NCBI GenBank assembly: GCA_021828195.1
Contig: JAKASQ010000001.1
Location: 169,202 to 233,201 of the forward strand
Direction: 5' to 3'
From: Thermoplasmata archaeon
GTDB lineage: Archaea; Thermoplasmatota; Thermoplasmata; Lutacidiplasmatales; UBA184
Length of the DNA stretch: 64,000 nt
Each line of letters begins with the position of its first letter. Within the stretch, counting starts at the first letter, position 1. Of this stretch, positions 28,039 through 37,716 are shown piece by piece. The notes below the pieces were generated by a model. It had not been told where the DNA came from. It was given only the letters and a program-made list of their open reading frames with translations, and ran no database searches. The translations under genes were made by a program, and so were the position numbers.

Positions 28039-29490
28039 ATGCCCGGCGCCAACCCTGCTGCCGTCCCGACGCTGTCGTTTGACAAGGGGACGTTGCTGGT
28101 CAAGGGCGCCCGGCCCCCCACGGGCCTGTGGGACGAGCGCGTGGGAGCGTATCGTGCCCTTGCGATAGCATACGCCGACCTCGCGGCGTGGGGGGCAACG
28201 CTCCCGGGCGGTTTCGAGGACCGGGCTCTCGACCCTCTCCCGGCACCTCGACTCGAGCATGCGGAGCGCCTGCGCCCGTACCAGAAGGAGGCGGTGGCGG
28301 CGTGGAAGGAGGGAGGCCGCCGGGGGGTCATCGTCCTGCCCACCGCCGCGGGGAAGACGCACGTCGCACTGGAGGCGATCCGCGAAGTGGGAGGATCGAC
28401 CCTCGTGGTCGTCCCGACCATCGACCTCATCGACCAGTGGGTGGCGAAGCTCGCCGAGGTCTTCGGCGTGGACGTGGGGCGCCTCGGCGGAGGCGTCGCG
28501 GACGTCAAGCCGATCATGGTATCGACCTACGATTCGGCGTTGATCCGGGCCGAGAGCCTGGGGAACCGGTTTCGTCTCCTGGTCGTCGACGAGGTCCACC
28601 ACCTCCCCTCGCCCCAGTACCGCCACATCGCCGAGATGTACTGCGCTCCGGCCCGCCTCGGCCTCACGGCGACGTACGAGCGGGCCGATCTCCTCCATCT
28701 CGAGCTCGAGACGCTCATGGGCGGCAAGCTGTTCGAACGCGGCTACGAGGAGCTCACCGACTACCTCGCCGACTTCACGCTCGTGAAGGTCAAGGTGGAG
28801 CTCTCGCCCGAGGAGCAGGAGGAGTACGAGACGACGCACGAGACGTTCCTGCGGTACCTGCGCTCGCGTCGGATGGTCCTGCGGGGTCCTTGGGACTTCG
28901 AGAAGTTCATCCGCCGTTCGTGGAACCCGGAGGGACGCGAAGCGCTGATGGCGTGGCGGCGCTCGCGCGAGCTCGCCTTCAACCCGCGGGCGAAGCTCGA
29001 GGCGGTGCGGACGGTCCTCTCCCGCCACCGTGGGGCGCGGACCCTGATCTTCGCAGAACAGACCGACCAGGTCTACGACCTCGGGAGAGCGCTGCTCGTT
29101 CCTTGCCTCACGTACAAGACCCCGGACGAGGAGCGCAAGGGGATCCTCGCCCGCTTCAAGGAGGGGAGGAACACGGTCCTCGCGACCTCCCGAGTGCTCG
29201 ACGAGGGGGTGGACGTTCCCGAGGCGTCGGTGGCGATCGTGCTGTCGGGGTCGGGCAGCCCCCGGCAGTTCCGCCAGCGGCTCGGGCGGATCCTCCGTCC
29301 CCGGGAGGGGAAGCAGGCGGTCCTCTACGAGGTGTTGTCGCGGGACACGAGCGAGATGGGGACGGCGGCCCGGAGGAAGCGCGGAATGGGGAATAGCGGA
29401 CGGGAGAACGAGGGCGACCCTCCGCCGGTGCCGACCCGGACGCGACGTGCGCCGCGGGGCCGTCCCCGTGGAGCCTCCGCTCCGGGGTAG
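28039..29490 (+). CDS. xpb: XPB/Rad25-type SF2 DNA repair helicase
   Basis: RPYQKEAV, VLPTAAGKTHVAL (motif I), LVVDEVHH (motif II), TATYER, helicase C-terminal domain. Confidence 0.85.
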   Translation: MPGANPAAVPTLSFDKGTLLVKGARPPTGLWDERVGAYRALAIAYADLAAWGATLPGGFEDRALDPLPAPRLEHAERLRPYQKEAVAAWKEGGRRGVIVLPTAAGKTHVALEAIREVGGSTLVVVPTIDLIDQWVAKLAEVFGVDVGRLGGGVADVKPIMVSTYDSALIRAESLGNRFRLLVVDEVHHLPSPQYRHIAEMYCAPARLGLTATYERADLLHLELETLMGGKLFERGYEELTDYLADFTLVKVKVELSPEEQEEYETTHETFLRYLRSRRMVLRGPWDFEKFIRRSWNPEGREALMAWRRSRELAFNPRAKLEAVRTVLSRHRGARTLIFAEQTDQVYDLGRALLVPCLTYKTPDEERKGILARFKEGRNTVLATSRVLDEGVDVPEASVAIVLSGSGSPRQFRQRLGRILRPREGKQAVLYEVLSRDTSEMGTAARRKRGMGNSGRENEGDPPPVPTRTRRAPRGRPRGASAPG

Positions 29491-29492
29491 CC

Positions 29493-31061
29493 GTGTTCCC
29501 GAGCGCGCTCCTCATCGCTCGGGCGTACAAGGATGGCGTGCGCCCGGTCTTCCTCGGCGAACCGATGCTGCCGCAGGCCGAGGCGGTCCTGCGGATCTAC
29601 CGCGAAGGCGTTGGGGGCACGAGGCGCGAACTCGTCACACGGGTCCGCGACCTCGAGGCGAAGGTCGACAAGTACAAGGTCGTCCGAGGGCTCGCGCTGC
29701 TGGTCGAACGCCGGTGCGCCTTCTCGCCCCGGGAGGGGCCGCCTCCGTCGGGACTGAGGGAACGGCTGTTCGACGAGACGAAGGGCGCCGCCGTCACCCC
29801 CGAGGAGCGTGACGCGGTCCTGGCGCGGCTGGCTCCGGAGTTCGGTCTTCCGCCCGAGCGGCTCGCCGACCATCTATGGAGCGATCTCGAGGAGGAAGAG
29901 GTTCTGCGCTCCGTTCCCGAGCTCGACCCCCGCGACCTGCTCCGACGGTTCAATCTCGGGCAGTGCCAGACGCTGCTGTTCAAGGCGGATCAGCTCTCCC
30001 TCACCTTCGGGACCTCCGAGGCGTATCGGGTCGCCGTCCGACGCGTCAAGCGTCACGGTCTGATGTTCACCGCGGAGGCGCCCAAAGGCGGGGAGAACCC
30101 GACCCTCCGAGTCGAGGGGGTCGTTGCTTTTCTCCGCTCCACGGAGCGGTACGGAACGCGTCTCGCGAGGCTCCTCCCCGACCTCCTCTCGTTGCCGGGG
30201 TGGAAGCTCGTGGCGAAGGTGCTCTACCGGGACTCCACAGGGCGGAAGCGTCACCTCGACTTCCGCTTGGACGAGGCGATGGCCGAGTATCTCGACGTCC
30301 CGGTCGAAGACCCCGGCGAACCCGCCTTCCCTCCGGTCCTGGAGGGTCTCGCCGCCGCGGCGGAACGCGACGGCTTCGCCGTGGACCGTCTCCCGCCTCC
30401 GCTCGCGATGGGAGGCGGCCTCGAGTATCCCGACCTCGCGCTCTCGCGGGATGGAACGACGGTGTATGTGGAGTCCGTGGGCTACTGGTCTCCCGCGTGG
30501 GTCGAGCGGAAGCTCGAGCGGACGGAGAGGGCACCGGGACCCTATCTCGTGGTGGCGCCGAAGGGCCTCGCGGTTGCGGAGGGGACCCGGCACGCGCGGT
30601 TACGGATCGTGAAGCCGAAGGGCCCGACGCTCGGAGAGCTGCGTCCCTTCTTGCCAAGATCGGGAGTGGTCGAGGAGCTTCCCCGTCGAGACCTTTCGCC
30701 CGAGATGCTGATCGTGCCGGACCGCGCCTCCTTGGTCGTCGCGGACGTGGCCCGGGCCAATCGCGTGCCGGTGGCTCAAGCGACGGAGCTCCTGGAGGCC
30801 CGGGGATTCCTCTGTGCGGGAGGCTTTGCCTTACGTCGCGAGCTCCTCCCCGAGGTTCTCGCGCGAGTCCGTTCGGCACTGCCCGACCTCGAACGCGTGG
30901 AACGCGCGCTCCGGGAGTGGGACCTCCCTCCGACCGTCCTCCCGGACCTCGGCTTCCAGGTGAAGTGGAAGGGTCTCGAAAGCGCGACCGTCCAGGAAGG
31001 GTCCTCCCGCTCCCGCGCGCTCCGCGCCGTTCGCTGGAATCGGAAGGTGCCCCCCTTGTAG
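29493..31061 (+). CDS. bax1: Bax1 (binds archaeal XPB) nuclease, DUF790
   Basis: Immediately downstream of xpb with 2-nt spacer, the conserved archaeal XPB-Bax1 arrangement; similar length (522 aa). Confidence 0.7.
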   Translation: MFPSALLIARAYKDGVRPVFLGEPMLPQAEAVLRIYREGVGGTRRELVTRVRDLEAKVDKYKVVRGLALLVERRCAFSPREGPPPSGLRERLFDETKGAAVTPEERDAVLARLAPEFGLPPERLADHLWSDLEEEEVLRSVPELDPRDLLRRFNLGQCQTLLFKADQLSLTFGTSEAYRVAVRRVKRHGLMFTAEAPKGGENPTLRVEGVVAFLRSTERYGTRLARLLPDLLSLPGWKLVAKVLYRDSTGRKRHLDFRLDEAMAEYLDVPVEDPGEPAFPPVLEGLAAAAERDGFAVDRLPPPLAMGGGLEYPDLALSRDGTTVYVESVGYWSPAWVERKLERTERAPGPYLVVAPKGLAVAEGTRHARLRIVKPKGPTLGELRPFLPRSGVVEELPRRDLSPEMLIVPDRASLVVADVARANRVPVAQATELLEARGFLCAGGFALRRELLPEVLARVRSALPDLERVERALREWDLPPTVLPDLGFQVKWKGLESATVQEGSSRSRALRAVRWNRKVPPL

Positions 31062-31085
31062 CACCTCACGTTTGCGGTCAGGTCA

Positions 31086-31424
31086 TCAGCCGCGCGCGTC
31101 CTTCGTCTCTCGGTGAGGAGGCCCCATCAACTCGATCCAAATGCCGTCAGGGTCGGTCACCATGGCAGCGCGGCCATCGAACCAAGGCTCCGGGGGGATT
31201 ACGACCTGGGTGTCGTACGGTGCCCACTTCACCTTCCCGCCAGCCCGAACCAACCTCCGGACCCAGCGGTCGACATCGTTGACCCAGAACCCGAAGTGGT
31301 CCATCTCGGACCCTTTGCGGTAAGGTTCGTAGACCCGGCTCCCACGGCGAAACCGATTCAACTCAATCGTGAACCGGCCTGTCGGGTGCTCGAGTTGCAC
31401 GAACTCGCCGATCTCGGTCCGCAA
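31086..31424 (-). CDS. Glyoxalase/VOC-family protein, possibly 5'-truncated by IS insertion
   Basis: HFGFWVNDVD...VTDPDGIWIEL VOC beta-alpha-beta-beta-beta module; ORF begins 20 nt from IS left end. Confidence 0.5.
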   Translation of the reverse strand: MRTEIGEFVQLEHPTGRFTIELNRFRRGSRVYEPYRKGSEMDHFGFWVNDVDRWVRRLVRAGGKVKWAPYDTQVVIPPEPWFDGRAAMVTDPDGIWIELMGPPHRETKDARG

Positions 31425-31444
31425 GCGGATAGTCTGTCCCGAGT

Positions 31445-33300
31445 TTGGAGACCGGGGGCGATTTCACCTCAGAAACGGTGTAAGGGGTACACGGTCAATT
31501 AGGGACGAATCGAGCCAGTCCTAACGCCTTCACGACCGCGGTCTGCTCGCGGTCCAGCTTCTGGAGCACCACCTTCATCTTCTTCGAGCCCGGGCGCGCC
31601 ATCGCCACCACCTGGATCCGATCCAGTCGACTCGCCAACTGACCGATCGGGATCGTTCCCTTCGTGGCGACCTCCACCCGCCGCTGGATCCACCGGTAGA
31701 ACAGCAACCCCACCACGCACAGGAACGCGTGCACCCGGATCCGTTTGTCCAGCCGGTGGAAGATCGGCATCACCGGCATCAGCAGCACGTCCTTCAGGAC
31801 GTGGAACTCCTCCTCCATCCCCGAGCGGGCGAAGTAGGTCCGCACGATCTGTTCGTCACTCCAGTCGACCCGGTCCGTGAAGACCACCGTCTTCCCAAAC
31901 CCCTCCTTCAGCTCCGCCTCGTGCTTCGCCTCGACCCATCCCGTCACCGTGAACTTGGGCGGGTCGTGGTCGAGCGTCGCCCCGACCCGATATTTGAACA
32001 CCCCCCGCCACTTCGGCGGTAGGGCATCCTCGATCCGCTCCGTCACGCTCTGCACGGTCGAGCGACGACCGCGGTGGGGCTTCGACATCTTCTCTGCCAC
32101 GCTCTGGCACGTCGCGAGGAACCGCTCCTTCGCCCGCTCGTAGTCCCTCGCCTGCCGCTTCCGAGCGCTCTCGTTGAACGCCACCACCACGACCCCGTCC
32201 ACCCCGAGCACCCGCCGCTTCGACCGGAACCCGTGGATTGCCTCCTCCTGCTCGGTCGTGTAGAGCGTTCGGTATGCGGTCCGGGGTTTCGCGAGGAGGT
32301 CCCGCACCTGGTTCCGTTTCAGTGAGGAGAGGAAGTGCACCTGCGCCGCTCGGATCGACTCCAGCCCGTCCTCGGAGTTCACTCCCTTGTCGAAGACGAA
32401 GGTGAGCTCCTCCGCCACCGCGCCGAACTTCCTCAACTGCTCGACCATCGTCCCGACCACCTCCTGAAACAGCCGCGCGTCGTTCTCGTTCCCGGGGTAG
32501 ATTCGGTGGTAGACCGGCAGATGCTGCTCGGTCACCGCCATGGCGAGCCCGACCAGCTTCGCCTGAAGGTTCCCGTCCTTCGCGTGGCCCGGACGAGGCA
32601 GAAGTCGGTCGGGGTCGTCCTCGTCGGGCTGCTGCTCGGTCGAGAAGTTCGTGGGATCGAAGAAGACGAGCGAGGGGCGGTGTCCCTTGCGGACCAGCTC
32701 CTCGCCGAGACGGAGGGTGATCTGCTCCACCACGTCGTCGGTCAGGAGGTCCATGCGCTCGAGGTAGCGACGGCAGGAGAGGGAGGGGAGGTCGGGAACG
32801 AACCGGAAGAGGGACCGGTGCGCCCACTCTGCCATCCCGTTCTTCGAAACCGGCTCGTGAGCACGTCCGGCGATGAAGGCGAGGAGACTCAGCGCGGTGG
32901 CCCGACTGCCCGTGAGTTCCTCGACGACCCTCGAGAAACCGAGCTCGGCGTCCGCGGCCAGGAACGCCGCGCTGGTGCCGAAGGGATAGGGGAGGAACTC
33001 GATCCCTTCAGCGAAGGCGTCCGGGTTCGTCAGGCGCTGGACGAGTTCCTCCTGGGTGCCGAGGTACATCTCGGCGACATTGACGACCTTGCCGTCACGG
33101 CGAGCCTTCTGGACGAGGTAGACGTAGGTGTGGGGGCCGCGTCGGCGAAAGCGGAACTGCACGCGTGCGATAATACCCCCAACATAATGAACATGTCGGT
33201 CGTTCTGCCGATATCACACTGCCCCATTGTCTAATTGATCCTGATGCCCCCAACTCCCTTCTGAGGTGGATCGGGCCTTACCGCCAAAGTGAGGTCTGGG
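31445..33300 (-). mobile_element. IS element, IS1634/IS4-like, with imperfect terminal inverted repeats
   Basis: Left end ...GATTTCACCTCAGAAACGGTGTAAGGGGTACACGGTCAATTAGGG. Reverse complement of right end is ...GATCCACCTCAGAAGGGAGTTGGGGGCATCAGGATCAATTAGACAATGGGG. Encloses a single transposase gene. Confidence 0.6.
31495..33162 (-). CDS. IS1634/IS4-family DDE transposase
   Basis: 555 aa; FVFDKGVNSEDGL..., C-terminal HVLKDVLLMPVMPIFHRLDKRIRVHAFLCVVGLLFYRWIQRRV typical of IS1634-type transposases. Confidence 0.75.
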   Translation of the reverse strand: MQFRFRRRGPHTYVYLVQKARRDGKVVNVAEMYLGTQEELVQRLTNPDAFAEGIEFLPYPFGTSAAFLAADAELGFSRVVEELTGSRATALSLLAFIAGRAHEPVSKNGMAEWAHRSLFRFVPDLPSLSCRRYLERMDLLTDDVVEQITLRLGEELVRKGHRPSLVFFDPTNFSTEQQPDEDDPDRLLPRPGHAKDGNLQAKLVGLAMAVTEQHLPVYHRIYPGNENDARLFQEVVGTMVEQLRKFGAVAEELTFVFDKGVNSEDGLESIRAAQVHFLSSLKRNQVRDLLAKPRTAYRTLYTTEQEEAIHGFRSKRRVLGVDGVVVVAFNESARKRQARDYERAKERFLATCQSVAEKMSKPHRGRRSTVQSVTERIEDALPPKWRGVFKYRVGATLDHDPPKFTVTGWVEAKHEAELKEGFGKTVVFTDRVDWSDEQIVRTYFARSGMEEEFHVLKDVLLMPVMPIFHRLDKRIRVHAFLCVVGLLFYRWIQRRVEVATKGTIPIGQLASRLDRIQVVAMARPGSKKMKVVLQKLDREQTAVVKALGLARFVPN

Positions 33301-33316
33301 AGGCGGACTGAGTCGG

Positions 33317-33778
33317 GTGGGGGCCGTGGTCTTCGCCCTGGTCGTGTACCTGCTCTACAACCTGGTCTATGCCGGGGTCAGCTTCCCGGTGGGGCGACTC
33401 GCGGATCGACGGCCGGGGGTCGGGCTGGTCGCGGCCAGCTATCTCCTGTTCCTCCCGGTGGACGTTCTTCTCATTCTCGAAAGCGGGATCGCCGGAGCCG
33501 TCGCCCTGATGGTCGGGGCCGGCCTCCAGATAGCCCTCCTCGACGTGGTCGAATCTACTTGGATATCCCGAGCGGTGCCGCGGGAGTTGACGGCCACGGC
33601 GTTCGGGTGGTTCGGCGTTCTCCGGGGTCTCGGGACCCTCGTAGGCTCCATCCTTGTCGGGGCGATCTGGGAGTATGTCTCTGTCTCCCTGGCGTTCGCG
33701 GTCTCGGCCGTGTTCGTGGTCGCAGCGACCGCTATCCTGCTCCTGAAGGTGAGGAGCACTGACGCCTCACTCTCGTGA
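33317..33778 (+). pseudogene. C-terminal fragment of an MFS transporter abutting IS right end
   Basis: Six TM helices (GRLADRRPG loop motif) without an N-terminal half; starts 17 nt after IS terminus. Confidence 0.45.
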
Positions 33779-34028
33779 GTGCGGCTCCGCGGGAAGTCGC
33801 GGCTTGGCCGTTCAATTCGGCGTCCACCGAAATCCGGAATCGAGACAGGCGAACGAGTCCCTCCATTCCATCGTGTTTCCATGGCCGGACCCACCCGAAC
33901 CGTGACCTAAGCCCACCCCCGGAATCCGCCCGTGTTGGCGTCTCAGTGTCCGAGGGGGTGCGATCGAACGGCTGCTTTTCGACAGGGTTGACTCTTCGAG
34001 CCTCTTGAGACGGGCCCGGGCCGCTCCG

Positions 34029-34535
34029 TTACCTCGCCCGGCCGCCTGCGATGAGGAGACTCAGAAAGGCCAGGGTGAACGCGAGCAGGAAGCCCACCGA
34101 CATCCCGTACGAGAAGGCGTTGTTCTGCCCGGAGAATAGAAACTCCATGCCGCTGATTCCCGCGCCCAGTACGGCGGCAAACGTTCCCCCGGTCGTGGCG
34201 AGGAGTAGTGTGTTTCGGGAGAGCGCGGATGCCGCGAAGGTGAGAAGGGCGAGGACGCCCAGGACCATGCCGGTGAGCATGTGGGCCATTACGGCCCCCA
34301 TTCCCGGTAGGAACATCAGCTGCATCATTCCGTACATCCCAAGAATGGGCGACGGAAGCGTTACATACAGGTTGACGAACATTCCCAGCACGAATTGGAG
34401 GGCCAACAAACCGAGCTCCACCGACACTAGGGCGACGAGAATCGGGTGACGGGTCCTCGCGACTCTGGGGGCTTCGCGCGTCGTGACGCGGATCGAATCG
34501 ACAGCAGCCGGCGGCATGGAGGAGAGCCTCGTCAT
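34029..34535 (-). CDS. Hypothetical polytopic membrane protein (Met/Gly-rich TM helices)
   Basis: Hydrophobic segments throughout; divergent from first paralog gene; no family recognised. Confidence 0.35.
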   Translation of the reverse strand: MTRLSSMPPAAVDSIRVTTREAPRVARTRHPILVALVSVELGLLALQFVLGMFVNLYVTLPSPILGMYGMMQLMFLPGMGAVMAHMLTGMVLGVLALLTFAASALSRNTLLLATTGGTFAAVLGAGISGMEFLFSGQNNAFSYGMSVGFLLAFTLAFLSLLIAGGRAR

Positions 34536-34644
34536 GGGGGAACGCCACACAGGCCTTAGACTTAACTCGGGACAACCCCAGTCCGCAGGCGGGCAGGCTT
34601 CTTCTCCTCTGACGACCTGTCGCCACCGGCGGTCTGGCTCCGGA

Positions 34645-35391
34645 ATGTCAGGACTGTTCGTACCGGCCGAGTTCGCCGCGATGTTCATGGCCGTCGTGGC
34701 GGTCGTTCTCGGGGTACTGTTCGCGTTTCCGACGACGTTTCGGCTGCGGTCTCCGGGAAGGCGTGTGGCCTTCCTCCGCCTCCTGGTTGGGACGGTCCTA
34801 GCCGTGGATGCGACTCTCCAGTTTCTGCCCGGAGCTTCCCCACAGGTGGCTTACCTGCTCGTGGTCGGAGCCGGTCAGGAACAGCCTGCGCTCTCCGGGT
34901 GGTTCTCGTACTGGGCCAGCGTCATCGCCGGAGACCCCGGATTCTGGTGGTATGGAACGGGAATCCTCATGGCGTGCCTCGCCACCTGCCTGATACTCGG
35001 AGTCGCCCGCAGGCTGGCGTATGTCACGGGGTCCTTCTTCGGCCTGTTGCTTTGGGCGATCCCGAACGGGTTCGGCGGTCCCTACGTCGCCCCCCACACC
35101 GACGTCGGCGCCGGCCTGCTTTACGCCCTCCTGTTCCTGTTCCTCCTCCAGATGGATTCGGTATCGGGCCCGGTCCGTCTTGCCGGCGACGTCATGCTCG
35201 AACGCAGGTGGCCGAAATGGCGAGTGCTCGGCGGCAGGTCATTTCGCCCGCTGCCGCCGCCCGAATCCTACGAGCGACGAGTGACCCGTGATCTATCCGC
35301 GGAGGACTACGTGCCGTCCCCGGATCCTTGCTTGACCGAAGACGCACCCAAGACGCTCGGTCCGCCACCGCAACTCGGGTCGAACCGATGA
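34645..35391 (+). CDS. Paralogous 4-5 TM membrane protein, copy 1 (FGGPY family; possibly DoxX/DoxD-like)
   Basis: LRLLVG..W..DA.LKFLP, WWYGTG, LWAIPNGFGGPYVAPHTDVGAGLLYALLFL conserved blocks shared with six other ORFs in the window. Confidence 0.6.
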   Translation: MSGLFVPAEFAAMFMAVVAVVLGVLFAFPTTFRLRSPGRRVAFLRLLVGTVLAVDATLQFLPGASPQVAYLLVVGAGQEQPALSGWFSYWASVIAGDPGFWWYGTGILMACLATCLILGVARRLAYVTGSFFGLLLWAIPNGFGGPYVAPHTDVGAGLLYALLFLFLLQMDSVSGPVRLAGDVMLERRWPKWRVLGGRSFRPLPPPESYERRVTRDLSAEDYVPSPDPCLTEDAPKTLGPPPQLGSNR

Positions 35392-35508
35392 TCGAGTCGT
35401 CGCTTCCGCGGGAAGGTGTCGCCGTTGTGGAGCGAGGCACGAAGCCGTGCGCCCTGAAGAGTGCAGAGGGTTCCACACCCGCCGAACGGGAATGGGAGTG
35501 ACCGACGA

Positions 35509-36246
35509 ATGAACGATATCGCCCTGGCCTTCGAGGTGGCCGTCCTGCTGTTCGTCGGCGTGACGGTGGGAGTCGCTTTGGCGGCTGCCGTGGGAGGACG
35601 GCTCCGAACGATCCTCACCCCGTCGGTTCGCACGACGGTACTTCGAATCTTGTTCGGGGCGGTCTGGATCGCGGATGGCCTGCTCCGCTTCGTTCCCGGG
35701 ACCTACGCGCAGCTTTCGTACTGGCAGGTCGTCATGATCGAGGACGGTCAGCCGCCTTGGCTTCTTGGTTGGCTCACTTTCTGGGCGGGCATCATCGCGG
35801 GTACTCCGGCCTTGTGGTGGTACGGGTTTGGGCTGATCGAGCTCGCGCTCGGCTTCTGCCTGTTCACGGGGTTCCTGCGCCGACCCATCTACCTTGTCGG
35901 TCTGGCCGTCAGCATCCTCCTCTGGACGGTCCCCCAAGCTTTCGGAGGACCCTACGGTCCCGGAAGCACCGACATGGGCACGGGGATCCTCTATGCCGTA
36001 ATCTTCCTCGCCTTACTCCATCTCGACTCGATTTCGGGACCGCCCCGGTTCACGCTCGACACGACCGTGGGACGGCAGTGGCCGGCGTGGCAACGGCTGG
36101 TCCAAGCCCGGGTCCCGACGCAGCCAGCCGCTGCACCGCGGGAATCCAGCGTCAGCCTCGGACGGTCAGCTGACCGTACATCCCTGATTGAGCGTGGCCC
36201 GGCATCATACAGAGATACCAGAACGTCCCCGGGCCCGCGAAGCTGA
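35509..36246 (+). CDS. Paralogous 4-5 TM membrane protein, copy 2
   Basis: LWTVPQAFGGPYGPGSTDMGTGILYAVIFLALLHLDS; same block order. Confidence 0.6.
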   Translation: MNDIALAFEVAVLLFVGVTVGVALAAAVGGRLRTILTPSVRTTVLRILFGAVWIADGLLRFVPGTYAQLSYWQVVMIEDGQPPWLLGWLTFWAGIIAGTPALWWYGFGLIELALGFCLFTGFLRRPIYLVGLAVSILLWTVPQAFGGPYGPGSTDMGTGILYAVIFLALLHLDSISGPPRFTLDTTVGRQWPAWQRLVQARVPTQPAAAPRESSVSLGRSADRTSLIERGPASYRDTRTSPGPRS

Positions 36247-36874
36247 GCGTGGCAGCGGTAGTCTCGTAGACCGGGTTGGCACTCGTTGCCGTCATTCCAT
36301 CGACCATCATCGACCCCACGGAAAGCCAGCAGCCGCTCCCGTCACCCATTCCCATCATCCCTCCCCCGCTCATCATCGGCATGTACGGATATGGCGGCGG
36401 CTGGGTTGTCAGGGCGAAGTCGTGGGACTCGTTGTCCATGTTGATGAATTCGAACCGCACCGGCTCTCCCGACGGCACGGAGACCTGCGGGTTCACGAGT
36501 CCGTAGCTCAGGAAGTAGTTCCCGGAGTGAGGATACCACACGGGCGCCCCCTCGACGAGCAACGTCGCCCCGGGGGCAGTGACCGTGATCGAGTTCATCG
36601 CCGGAGTTTCGCTGACCCCGGGGGGCAATGAGTTTTCTTCGGTGAACGTCTGATTGTTGATCGTTGAGACCGTCGGGTCGTGCTGAGCGACCGAGGAGCA
36701 TCCCGCCGGAGCCAGTGCCGGCTTCTCGACGATCATATAGGCAAAGGCAATCCCCGCGAGACCGACGAGGATCGCCACCACCAGAACGACGACCACGGGC
36801 CCGAGAGGACGACCCGGAGGGTGCCGGCCGGGCGCCGACGAGTCGATCGTGACATTCTCCGTGCCGGCCGTCAT
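36152..36874 (-). CDS. Membrane-anchored cupredoxin (type-1 copper site) with Met-rich segment
   Basis: N-terminal TM anchor; ESHDFAL (His1) ... FWYLCMMPGHAQSGMYGQLTV = C-x2-P-G-H-x3-G-M type-1 Cu ligands; PPYPYMPMMSGGGMMGMGDGSGCW Met-rich motif. Confidence 0.65.
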   Translation of the reverse strand: MTAGTENVTIDSSAPGRHPPGRPLGPVVVVLVVAILVGLAGIAFAYMIVEKPALAPAGCSSVAQHDPTVSTINNQTFTEENSLPPGVSETPAMNSITVTAPGATLLVEGAPVWYPHSGNYFLSYGLVNPQVSVPSGEPVRFEFINMDNESHDFALTTQPPPYPYMPMMSGGGMMGMGDGSGCWLSVGSMMVDGMTATSANPVYETTAATLSFAGPGTFWYLCMMPGHAQSGMYGQLTVRG

Positions 36875-37515
36875 GGGTTCTGCTGGCCCGGAGGAGTTGC
36901 TGGGACCTCATCAGGTCTGCGAGAGACCCTCTCCGAACGGCGGAATACCGAAGTAGAGACCTCCGCCCAGCGGGCCCAGCCCGGCCAACTGCGCTCGATC
37001 CAGCCGTCGACGGTCCCCACCTTCGCGGATGGGTCGGCGTCGAGCACCAACAGGAACAGGAATGCGATCGCGTAAATGACACCCACTCCCACGTCAAAAG
37101 TGCCGACGTCGTAAGGGCCCCCGAACCCATTGGGAACCGCCCAAATGAACAAGCTCAGGCCCATCCCCCCGAGGTAGGCTGTCTTTCTCAAGAGTCCCAG
37201 GGTGAGCGAAACGCACAACGCGAGCTCGAGAAAAGTGACGACCCCCACGTCCATTGCCGCGTATTGCTGGGATTGGACGACCCAGAAGGCATACCAGCCG
37301 GAGAGCCAGGAAGGCTGGCCGATGCTCGCGGCGAGAACGCTCTCGGAGAACCAGAACGGAGTCTGCGGGAAGAACGCGAGCGCGGCATCGATTCCCCAGA
37401 CGAATCCGAAGATCATACGGGCTGACCGACGAACCGCTCCGCGATGGCGGAGGATCCACCCCTCACCATGCTCCGCGACGCCGATCATCGCAGGATGTCT
37501 CCCTCGGGATTGCAA
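36871..37515 (-). CDS. Paralogous membrane protein, copy 3 (lacks first TM helix), co-oriented and overlapping with cupredoxin gene
   Basis: IFGFVWGIDAALAFFPQ...WAVPNGFGGPYDVGTFDVGVGVIYAIAFLFLL; 4-nt overlap with downstream cupredoxin. Confidence 0.55.
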   Translation of the reverse strand: MQSRGRHPAMIGVAEHGEGWILRHRGAVRRSARMIFGFVWGIDAALAFFPQTPFWFSESVLAASIGQPSWLSGWYAFWVVQSQQYAAMDVGVVTFLELALCVSLTLGLLRKTAYLGGMGLSLFIWAVPNGFGGPYDVGTFDVGVGVIYAIAFLFLLVLDADPSAKVGTVDGWIERSWPGWARWAEVSTSVFRRSERVSRRPDEVPATPPGQQNP

Positions 37516-37716
37516 CCACTCATCCCGCTACTTGTGGGGGCCGTATGAACCGCGGGGGCGGCGCCCGTCGTGTCCTCTGTTGGCACTTGTCGATGCGGCC
37601 GTCCAAGAGCCCGACCGTTCGGTGGGAGAATCCGTCCGTCGACTACTGGTGACCCAACACCTCGTTCCCGTCCGTTGCCCGCTCGCAGTCAATCTTTATA
37701 CCAGCCGTCCGGGTAG

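Noticed and set aside
27264-29028. Minus-strand ORFs 27264..28517 and 27934..29028
   Set aside because: Antisense frame artefacts across the fhs end, the spacer and xpb
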